Source of the DNA: Candidatus Poriferihabitaceae bacterium
GTDB taxonomy: Bacteria > Pseudomonadota > Gammaproteobacteria > Arenicellales > Poriferihabitantaceae
Assembly (NCBI GenBank): GCA_965214055.1
Contig: OZ243931.1
Span: 2,607,380 to 2,671,379, forward strand
Direction of reading: 5' to 3'
DNA: 64,000 nt
Position numbers and translations under genes: made by a program. The notes beneath the pieces were generated by a model. That model was not told the DNA's origin. It saw only the letters and a list, made by a program, of their open reading frames with translations, and ran no database searches. Shown here one piece after another: positions 20,368 to 29,000 of the stretch (the stretch's first letter is position 1; each line of letters opens with the position of its first letter).

Positions 20368-21165
20368 TCACTCCCCGATACGGTGCACTGTACAAAGAAC
20401 ATGAAAGCACTAAATTATATCCGAGTCGTGCTGATGGAACCTACCCATCCGGGGAATATTGGTGCCACCGCCCGGGCCATGGCCAACATGGGGGTGAAAC
20501 AGCTCGCGTTGGTCAATCCCGGGGAGTTCCCCAGTTCCATTGCCACCCGCCGTGCCGCCGGTGCGGATTCCATACTGGAAAAGGCCAGAGTGTACCATCG
20601 GCTGGAGGATGCGGTGGCGGATTGTACTTTGGTGTTGGGGACCACTGCCAGATTGCGTTCCATTGAATGGCCTTCCCTGGAGCCCTGGGAGGCCATGTCC
20701 CGTGCCGGGGACCATGCCCGGCATTCCCGGGTGGCCATTCTTTTTGGCCGGGAAAGCAGCGGATTGACGAACGAGGAAATGGATATTTGCCACTGGCTGG
20801 TGCGCATTCCCGCAAGTCCCGAATTTGGCTCCCTGAATCTGGCCTCGGCGGTGATGGTCATGCTGTATGAACTGCGGAAATGCCTGGAATCGGATCAAGG
20901 CGAAACTCTCCGGAAAAGCAAGGAATCCAGGGCCACCGTGCAGGACCTACAATATCTGTACAGGCATCTGAAGCAGGTCTTGAATCGAATTGAGTTTATC
21001 AATGGCCGGTCGACGATGTTGATGCGGAAAATTGTGCGCATGTTCAATCGAATACACCCCTATGAACAGGAAGTGAATATGCTTCGGGGGATTCTGTCTT
21101 CCATTGAATCCAGGCTGGACAATCCGGAAAAAAGGGGGCACAGGGACAACTTCCCGGAGTCGTGA
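20326..21165 (+). CDS. trmJ: tRNA (cytidine/uridine-2'-O)-methyltransferase TrmJ (SpoU/TrmH class)
   Basis: 'IRVVLMEPTHPGNIGATARAMANMG', 'LFGRESSGLTNEE' and 'SLNLASAVMVMLYE'. Likely start is the ATG at 20401 (MKALNY...). Confidence 0.9.
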   Translation: MIGAGSLDEVPGAQSLPDTVHCTKNMKALNYIRVVLMEPTHPGNIGATARAMANMGVKQLALVNPGEFPSSIATRRAAGADSILEKARVYHRLEDAVADCTLVLGTTARLRSIEWPSLEPWEAMSRAGDHARHSRVAILFGRESSGLTNEEMDICHWLVRIPASPEFGSLNLASAVMVMLYELRKCLESDQGETLRKSKESRATVQDLQYLYRHLKQVLNRIEFINGRSTMLMRKIVRMFNRIHPYEQEVNMLRGILSSIESRLDNPEKRGHRDNFPES

Positions 21166-21637
21166 CCCCGGGGATTGGGATTTTACCGGCCCGCGGGCAG
21201 TCTCCCACGCTCGAATACATCCATCCCAAACGACATCGGGTTCCTGGTCTTCTTGCGATCAACCCTGCCGCCCGGGAGTGCTCATACCGTTCCGCATGTT
21301 GTTTGGGTGTCAACAGGGACGGTTGCGGGGACGCCGCCTGGTGGAACTCATTGATGGCCGTTCGACCCAGACGTTTCAGCTTGCTTCAAATACAACATTT
21401 ACAGTGGCACTATCTTTGGGGTTCTGCCAAAAAGCCCCCGAAACCCACAGGAGCCTCGGTTCGAATCCAAAACGGAACGGACCATGGATGTGAAGTTGAG
21501 AGTCCGTCGGATTGCAGCACTCTGGAGCACAGGACCGTTTGAGTCGACTCGACCACACACCGGTTTCAGTTGTAGCTCAGGTTGGAAACATTTCCAGCAT
21601 GCCGATTGACACAAAAGTTTATCATTAGTAAACTTAT

Positions 21638-21904
21638 TTGATGTATATTATTCACTATCAGAAACAAGCTGCTTACAGACTTATTCGCATGCCACCTAAA
21701 CTTGCAAGTAAAATTCGTGACAAGGTTGAAACAATAGCAAATAATCCCTATCAACATCATCCGAATATTACATGGCTGCAAGGGCAGAAAAATTGTTTCC
21801 GGCTCAGGGCAGTAAATTGGTGCATAGTCCATGCTTTGGAAAAAGAGCGAAATTTGCTTCTGATCGCAAAAATTGATCAAAGAGGACAGGTGTATAAACG
21901 ATGA
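21638..21904 (+). CDS. RelE/ParE-superfamily type II toxin
   Basis: 88 aa. 'AAYRLIRMPPKLASKIRDKVETIANNP...FRLRAVNWCIVHALEKERNLLLIAKIDQRGQVY' follows the RelE/ParE pattern. 4-nt overlap with the downstream HTH gene (toxin-first, HigBA-like order). Confidence 0.75.
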   Translation: MMYIIHYQKQAAYRLIRMPPKLASKIRDKVETIANNPYQHHPNITWLQGQKNCFRLRAVNWCIVHALEKERNLLLIAKIDQRGQVYKR

Positions 21905-22302
21905 ACGAGTCGAAAGTGCAATTTATAAAAAAAGGGGAAGACCCGGAGTATGTTGTATTGCCAATTAAGGATTATCTTGAAATGACTTCATTTTTGGAGG
22001 ACGTTGAAGACCGGGCTGCCGTTGATCGGGCATTAGTGGACTATCAGAAGGGTACCACTGTTCCAGGCGAAGTGGTGAACGCTGTTTTGGATGGCGTATC
22101 GCCGTTGCGGGCATGGCGAAAAAGTCGAGGCTTTACACTGGAACGGTTGGCCCGGCGTGTTGGAGTATCCAAAAGCTACCTTTCTCAAATCGAAAACAAT
22201 CGGAAATCTGGCTCACTAAATCTGTACCGTCAGATTTCAATTGTTTTGAATGTCTCTGTCGATGACCTGATCGACTGGAGAGAGGATACGGGTGTTGTCT
22301 GA
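21901..22302 (+). CDS. XRE-family HTH antitoxin (HigA-like) with N-terminal extension
   Basis: 133 aa. 'LRAWRKSRGFTLERLARRVGVSKSYLSQIENNRKSGSLNLYRQISIVLNVSVDDL' is a canonical HTH_XRE domain. Confidence 0.8.
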   Translation: MNESKVQFIKKGEDPEYVVLPIKDYLEMTSFLEDVEDRAAVDRALVDYQKGTTVPGEVVNAVLDGVSPLRAWRKSRGFTLERLARRVGVSKSYLSQIENNRKSGSLNLYRQISIVLNVSVDDLIDWREDTGVV

Positions 22303-22655
22303 AGTGGACGCAATTTGATTTCTGTCGTGCGCCGTGGAAGGGCGCGTTCCTGGTTGGTGCGTTCAGGGAGGGATGCGCGGTAGTCGGGTTGGTGACAGAC
22401 ACAGACCTGAGGCGTACCGGTCAGGAGAGATCAAAGGGGTAGTGGGATGAGGTGCACCACTCGGTGAACGGATGGTTCCACCGAGTCGACATCCCGTTTT
22501 TTGATGGCCGATGCAGTGTGTGTAAGACGCCTGATCGATCTGAAAGCTCGCCGCCGGAAATCAGCACGTCCGGTTCGGCAAGCAGGGAGTGGAGATGTGG
22601 CCAATGCGGAAATAGCGGATCTACTCGCAAAACCGAACGGGCGGGAAGGGAACAG

Positions 22656-22711
22656 CCTCCGCTTGCCCGTGCCCGTGCCACCCTCCGCTTGCCCGTGCCC
22701 GTGCCACCCTC
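22656..22711. repeat. 26-bp tandem duplication (2.15 copies) with nested GCCCGT repeat
   Basis: Read directly: period 26 from 22656 to 22711 (CCTCCGCTTGCCCGTGCCCGTGCCAC...). It lies in a 510-bp gap with no credible ORF. Confidence 0.85.
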
Positions 22712-22812
22712 TGACTTTGCAGAAGCTATCATTCTCCGTACCCCTATAGAGATTGGGAGTATCCGGACAAAATTACCTTGCAATTTTGAACTAGAACCTC
22801 AATAATACAAGG

Positions 22813-24021
22813 ATGATTCCCCGGGGAGCTCGGAAAGTTGTACAAACTCGCCTGAAACAGTTCGACAGTGTGGCGCTGATTGGCCCACGCCAGGTGGGCA
22901 AAACAACGCTGGCGCATCAGGTTGCGACCAGGTGGAGTAGCGGAGCGAAGTACCTGGATCTTGAAAATCCTTCGAACCGGCGTCTTCTGGATGATCCGGT
23001 TGAGTACCTTTCCGCAAATACCGACCGGCTCATTGTTCTGGATGAGATTCACCGGATGCCCGGGCTATTCCAGGTATTGAGGGGACAGATCGACGAACGT
23101 CGTCGAATGGGCAGGAAGGACGGAAAGTTCCTGATTCTCGGCTCGGCATCGATGGAACTTCTGCGCCAGTCGTCCGAAAGCCTGGCGGGCCGCATCAGTT
23201 TTGTAGAACTGGTGCCGCTCACCTTGCCCGAAGTACGGGGGCAGGACATCGCCGTTGCCGGAGGGGCAGCGGTGGAAATCGACCGACTCTGGCTACAGGG
23301 CGGCTTTCCTCCCAGTTATCTTTACAGCGATGAGAGCACTAGTTTGCAGTGGCGGTTCGATTTCATCCAGACGTACCTGGAGCGTGATCTTCCACAATTC
23401 GGTCTGCAGGTGGATGCCGAACGCATGAACCGATTCTGGCGCATGATCGCAAATGATCAGGGGGAGCTTTTTAATGCCCAGCGCTATGCAAGGTCCCTGG
23501 GGGTGAGCGGGCATACCGTTACCCGTTATCTTGAAATCCTCCAGCGGTTGCTCATGATTCGACTGTTGCAGCCCTGGCATGCCAATATCGGCAAGCGCCT
23601 TGTCAAATCGCCCCGACCCTATGTGCGGGACAGCGGTATCCTGCATGCATTTCTGGGCCTGCGCACCAAGGATGATCTCAGGTCTCACTCGGTGGCTGGC
23701 AGGAGTTGGGAAGGGTTTGTCATCGAAAATCTTGTGAGTGCGGCCGCTGGCCGGGCAAGGCCATATTTTTATCGTACGAGTGCGGGTGCAGAGATAGACC
23801 TGGTATTGGAATTCGCCTCCGGAAATTGCTGGGCGATCGAAATCAAGTTGTCCAGTGCACCGAGCATAGATCGGGGCTATCTCAATGCAGTCAATGACAC
23901 CGGAGCGGAACGAAGGCTGTTGGTACACAAGGGGGTGGAATCGTTTCCCATGCGCTATGGAGTCGAAGCAATGCCGTTGTTGGAAGCCATGAACGAAGTC
24001 AGTGTGGCGGTGAGCGCATGA
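22813..24021 (+). CDS. AAA ATPase with C-terminal DUF4143 (PD-(D/E)xK-like) domain
   Basis: 402 aa. Walker A 'GPRQVGKTTL', Walker B 'LIVLDEIH', 'LGSAS...SESLAGR' and C-terminal 'GAEIDLVL...WAIEIKLS'. Same family as ORF 58626-59903. Confidence 0.85.
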   Translation: MIPRGARKVVQTRLKQFDSVALIGPRQVGKTTLAHQVATRWSSGAKYLDLENPSNRRLLDDPVEYLSANTDRLIVLDEIHRMPGLFQVLRGQIDERRRMGRKDGKFLILGSASMELLRQSSESLAGRISFVELVPLTLPEVRGQDIAVAGGAAVEIDRLWLQGGFPPSYLYSDESTSLQWRFDFIQTYLERDLPQFGLQVDAERMNRFWRMIANDQGELFNAQRYARSLGVSGHTVTRYLEILQRLLMIRLLQPWHANIGKRLVKSPRPYVRDSGILHAFLGLRTKDDLRSHSVAGRSWEGFVIENLVSAAAGRARPYFYRTSAGAEIDLVLEFASGNCWAIEIKLSSAPSIDRGYLNAVNDTGAERRLLVHKGVESFPMRYGVEAMPLLEAMNEVSVAVSA

Positions 24022-24192
24022 ATTCCCAAGGAGCACAGGTTTCAGGAAAGCTGCCCCGGGTCGATCAGAATGGCAGGAGGCCTCTCATCACCCCAGCGTC
24101 CTGTTGACGGGTTGCGGGTGCCCTTTGTTATTCTGGGCGAGGCCGGGATGTGCAAGACAGGCTGATGGATGATTCCCTATCCCGAATAATTC

Positions 24193-24242
24193 ATAAAAAT
24201 GGAGTGAGAAAGAGAGTGAGGCCTCTTTTTATGATATAATTC
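24193..24242. repeat. 50-bp direct repeat, left copy (identical to 34067-34116)
   Basis: CGAATAATTCATAAAAATGGAGTGAGAAAGAGAGTGAGGCCTCTTTTTAT, compared base by base: 50/50 identical with the right copy. Confidence 0.95.
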
Positions 24243-24285
24243 AATTAGTTATAATAATTACAGGACGACCTACTCGTGACAGATT

Positions 24286-25120
24286 GTGCTCAAAAAGTTA
24301 TTTCATTTCCAGCCCTGAAATGACGTTGGATCGAGGCTGAATTCACCGGCGGGGACATTACTTCGGATACCGGAGCACTGTTTCTAAGAGAAATAGACCG
24401 TTATTGGGGATTGCTCAAGGCCGTGGACAAGGCGATTCCCGATGAACGGGATCGACGCTATATCCAACATTCTCAGTTAAACCTGATAAGACAGCGGGTG
24501 TATGGTCTGGCACTGGGATATGAGGACCTCAATGATCAGGATACGATGCGGTCCGACCCGGCGTTGGTGTATGCCGTGGAGTCGGATTAATCCCTGAGTA
24601 GGGCTTCGACTCTTTGTCGATTAGAGAATCGCATGAAATCCCACGCTTGGCATTTCGCATGGGCCGACCCACGGCGGTGGCCTTGTATGAGGTCATGATC
24701 GAGACCTTTATTGCGTCGTTCAAGAAGCCTCCGGCGGAACTGATTCTGGACTTTGACGCTACCGATGATCGGGTCCATGGGGACCAGGAAGGCCGGCATT
24801 ACAATGGCTATTACCATCATCATTGTTTTTTGCCGCTTTATGTCTTTTGCGGGGACCAGTTACTGGTCAGTTATCTGCGACGCAGCAAGGGTCAGGCGAA
24901 GCACGCGTGGTGCATTCTGGCGTTGCTGGTCAATCGGTTCCGTCAGCAGTGGCCCGATGTGGAAATACTTTTCCGGGGAGATGCCCGGTTCTGCCGTCAT
25001 GACATCATGACCTGGTGTGAACGCTATGGGGTGGGGTATATCGTTGGAATTGGCCGCAATCAGCGGATTACGAAGCGGTCCCAGGTGACCCGCCTGAACA
25101 GTTCAGACCCTGTACCATGA
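24286..25120 (+). mobile_element. IS1380-family transposase gene remnant (pseudogene, 3'-truncated)
   Basis: - The translation starts 'VTDCAQKVISFPALK*RWIEAEFTGGDITSDTGALFLREIDR...LIRQRVYGLALGYEDLNDQD...'.
- It continues with 'ASTLCRLENR'.
- After a frameshift it reads 'LILDFDATDDRVHGDQEGRHYNGYYHHHCFLPLYVF...'.
- In-frame stops lie at 24321 and 24588, and the frameshift is near 24640.
- The C-terminal third of the protein is absent. Confidence 0.8.
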
Positions 25121-25531
25121 CCTATGCTCCGAAACCCTGTTATCTTTCTTCAGCACTTTGGACTGACTCTGAGTACAGCGATTGAAAACTCCATGGAAAA
25201 GCACACACTGCTTCAGGCTCACTTCAGGATTGGAAAACACTGCCCTGATTTCACCCAATATTGGCCCGATTCATTGGAAATGCCCGGTCAGCGACCCGAA
25301 AAGCCCTTTGCGACTTTTGACTTTCCTTGCTTTGGGGGTTGAAAAGTATCGGGCTGTTTGGCTATAATTGTTCCATAAGAACCATTGATTGTTATCATAA
25401 GAAACCCTGGGGATTATGCCCACAGGGTCAGGCAGGAGAATCTGGGCGTGAACCGGGTTCGGTTGTATTTACCCAGATTATACACAGCACATACACAATA
25501 CAGAGATAAAACCAAAATAGAATAGAACAGA

Positions 25532-25549
25532 AATCGGAATCGGAATCGG
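25532..25549. repeat. Hexanucleotide microsatellite (AATCGG)x3
   Basis: Read directly in the AT-rich spacer upstream of the poly-C tract. Confidence 0.8.
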
Positions 25550-25670
25550 AAAGTTCCGTTACTAATTCATGATTACAAGGCAGGTCGAGTCGCCGTACCG
25601 CCGTGCCAGCATGACTACCCTCGTTACATGCCGGCATGCCTTTGTTTGGTCTACCGCCCCGCCTGAACCA

Positions 25671-25686
25671 CCCCCCCCCCCCCCCC
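25671..25686. repeat. Homopolymeric poly-C tract (16 C)
   Basis: Counted directly: 25671-25686. It sits at the point where AT-rich spacer DNA changes to very GC-rich DNA, ~335 nt upstream of the likely ATG (26022) of the giant gene. Confidence 0.95.
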
Positions 25687-26003
25687 GGTAGGTTTCCTCC
25701 GGCTCCCGCACCGCAGCGGGTTCTCGGCCTGTCGTCCGCCGTCTGTGGCGCGATTTTTCCACCGCGCTATTCTCCCTGGCGATGTTCGCAGCCGGAGTGC
25801 AGGCGTCCGCGCTGCTCAGCCGCCTCGGCCAGGCGGGCGGCCGTACCGGAACTTTGGGCAACGACCGCATCCAGCGGTTCACGACCGGCGACTACGCGAA
25901 CGGATACAACCCGACCGGTGTCAAGATGGAGCCCACCAAACTGGATGCCAGTGATGTCGCCGGCGCCGCTTGAGCGATCAGCATCTGGACCGCCAACAGT
26001 TCT

Positions 26004-29000
26004 GTGCGTGCGGGTCCGACCATGAAGGCCAGCACACACCGGCGTACCCCGATCCGTAGTGCCGCGTCCCGTGCACTCCTTCAGGTACTGGCCGCATGGG
26101 CGCTCGCCCTGCCGCTCCTCGCGTTGCTCGCGCCCGTCGCCGAAGCGAACTCGGCCAACTGTTCCGCGTCGAGCGGTCCCTACCCAGCCCACGAGGACTG
26201 GGTGTTCACGCCCGGGAGTCTCGACGCCGGCGACACCTTCCGCCTGCTCTTCGCAACAAGCGCGAAACGCAGCGCGGACTCTGTACTCCCGTCCGTGTAC
26301 AACGACTTCGTGCGCACCGCCGCCAAGGGCGGACACGGTCAGATCCCCGCAAGCTGCGGGAACAGGTTCAACGCGATCATCTCGACGCAGTACGACTCTG
26401 CGCGGTTTAACACAAGGACCAGGGCGACCGACACCGACGCACCCATCTGGTGGGTGAAGGGCGAGAAGGTCGCAGACAACTACGCCGACTTCTACGACGG
26501 GTCCTGGGACAGCCGCATCGCAAGGAACGAGTACGGAACGACCCCCATCATCGATTACAGGGTATGGACCGGAAGCTTGTCGAACGGGCACCACCCCGGA
26601 ACCGGCTACGCAGGCCACTTCGGCGTTGAGGTCCATCGAGGCCACCTCACCACGGGCGATCCACTGAACGCGGGAAGCACGAACAGCGGTGCCAAGTATC
26701 GCTTGTACGGTCTCTCGCCCATCTTCACCGTGGTGAAGGCCCCGCGGCTTTCGATTTCGCTCAACAAGACTTCGGGGAACGAGCTGAATTCAGCGGGAGG
26801 CCATGCCACCATCACGGTCAAACTCGACCAGACGCGCCCCAACGACACGTCGTTCAAGATGTGCGTCAAGAACACGAGCACCGCAACGTTTCGCACGAGC
26901 ACCAGCACAAACGACCGCGATTTCGACCTCTACGAGTACCGTCTCGACGCCCACGCTCAGCTCGTTGAGCTCGCCGTCGACGCCTCGAACTGCCACACGA
27001 TGACGATCAAGAAGTTCACCTCAGAACACAAAGCCCGTCTGTTCTACTACGGAGACACCCTGAAGGAAGAGAACGAGACCGTGGTGCTCGAGCTGAAGGA
27101 CCCGCCGTCGGACGTCAAGATTGCCTCCTCCGGGGGCACCGCGACGTACACCATCACCAACGACGACTCCGAGCCCACCGTGACCATCACCGGCGGTGCA
27201 ACGGCGTCCGAAGGCACCAACGCGACCTTCACCGTCAAGTCGAGCCACGCCCCCACGCAAGCCCTCTCGGTCAAGGTGAACATCACCGAAGACGAAGACG
27301 CCGACACGGGGAAGGACCACGTCGCCGCCGACGACGAGGGCGTGCGCACGGTGACGGTCGCTGCGGGCAGCACGAGCCAGTCGTTCACGGTGCCAACGAC
27401 CGAGGACTGGGTCGACGAGCCCGACGGCGTCATCACCGCGACCGTGCAGGCGGGGACCGGCTACGTCGTCGGGCAGGCCAACAAGTCCGCGCAGGTGAAC
27501 GTCAAGGACGACGACACGCGCGGGTTCGTGTTCCGTCCCGAAAGGCTGAAGCTCAAGGAAGGGGGAAGCGCCACCTACACCGTGGCGCTCACCTCGCGCC
27601 CGCTCGACGAGCCCGAAGGCGTCACCGTCACGCTGACGCCCTTGGGCGACTTCACCGTGGACACCGACAGCAGCAAGGACGGCAACCAGACGACGCTGCG
27701 CTTCGACGCCGTGGGCGGGAACCTCTGGCAGTCCGGACAGACGGTGAAGGTCACTGCGAACGAGGACGCGAACAGCACCGACGACACCACCGCCATCAAC
27801 CACGAAGGGTCCGGTGCCGGTTACGGCCCACGCCCCGGCGCCGATTTCGGCGCGCTCCTGGGCATCGTAGTGACCGTCACCGACAACGACGTCCCGCACC
27901 TGGTGGTCGCGCCGACCGCGCTCAGCGTCACCGAAGGCGGCAGCGCGACCTTCACCGTGCAGCTCGGGACGCAGCCGTCCGCCGACGGGACCCTCGCGTT
28001 CGCCTCGACGAACCCGGACATCACCTTCAACCCCGCGAGCCTCAGCTACTTCAAAAATGACAGTCACCAGACCCAGGGGTGGGACAAGGTGCGGACCGTG
28101 ACCGTCCATGCCGCGAGCGACAACGACATCGGCGACGACGCAGCGACCTTGACCGTGACCGCCTCAGGGGGCGACTACGAGGGCAAGACCGCGACCATCG
28201 CCGCCACCGTCACCGACACCACCACCCCGGCGCTCGTGCTCTCGACCAGCACGCTCGCCGTCATGGAGGGCGCGAGCACCACCTACACGGTCAAGCTCGC
28301 CGCCAAGCCGACCGGGACGGTGACGGTCGCCATCGGGTCGAACAACGGCGACGTCATGGTCGATACCGACAACGATGACACCAACGGCAACCAGAACAGG
28401 CTCACCTTCAACGCCAACGGCAGCAACCTCTGGAGCACGGCACAGACCGTGAAGGTCACTGCACGCGGCGACGCCAACACCGCCAGCGAGGCCGTGACCC
28501 TCACCCACACCGCCTCGGGCGGCGGCTACGGCGCGGTCAGGAAGACGCTCTCGGGCACCGTCACCGACGACGGCAAGAAGACCGTCGCGTTCGCCCAAAC
28601 GAACTACCCCGTCATCGAGGGCAAGGGGCCGGTGACGGTCACGCTCGTCATGTCCGAAGCGCGCACCTCGACCACCAACGTGAGGGTCTCCGCGACGCCG
28701 CTGACCGCGACGGGCAGCGGCGTGGATTACACCGGCCAGGCCTTTGTCGCGACGTTTGCGGCAGGGAGCACGAGCGCGACCTTCGAGATACCCATCACGG
28801 CGGACAACAATCTCGAGGATGCGGACGGAGAGACATTCCGGCTCGACATCTATGACGTCGACTTTCCGGGCGACCTGAAGAAGGTCAAACCCGACTTGGC
28901 CTACGTCACCATCTACGACGCGCCGGTCCTGTCCTTCACCCGCCCGGAGACGACGACGGTCTTCGAAGGCGGGCGTCCGCTCGAGTTCACCCTGAACGCC

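Noticed and set aside
21044-21313. Minus-strand ORF ('...TPKQHAERYEHSRAAGLIARRPGTR...') downstream of trmJ, considered as a possible integrase or transposase fragment at the island edge.
   Set aside because: It overlaps the 3' end of trmJ, has no proper start codon, and contains no integrase or transposase motif I can recognise.
21440-21600. tRNA-like fragments: 'GGTTCGAATCC' (T-loop-like, ~21460-21470) and 'GTAGCTCAGGTTGG' (D-arm-like, ~21570-21583). They could mark a tRNA gene or an att-site remnant at the left edge of the 21.2-34.5-kb accessory region.
   Set aside because: Neither fragment can be folded into a cloverleaf. The T-stem halves CTCGG/CCAAA do not pair, and no complementary D-stem or acceptor stem is present. 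At most they are decayed remnants. tRNAscan-SE or ARAGORN would settle it.
22656-22711. Possible CRISPR array, suggested by the 26-bp repeat.
   Set aside because: There are only ~2 directly abutting copies with no spacers, and no cas genes in the window. It is a simple tandem duplication.
25636-26025. 129-aa ORF running through the poly-C tract ('...NHPPPPPGRFPP...').
   Set aside because: The poly-proline segment is just the translation of the homopolymer. The rest is low-complexity with no start context. It was treated as non-coding leader or promoter DNA of the giant gene.
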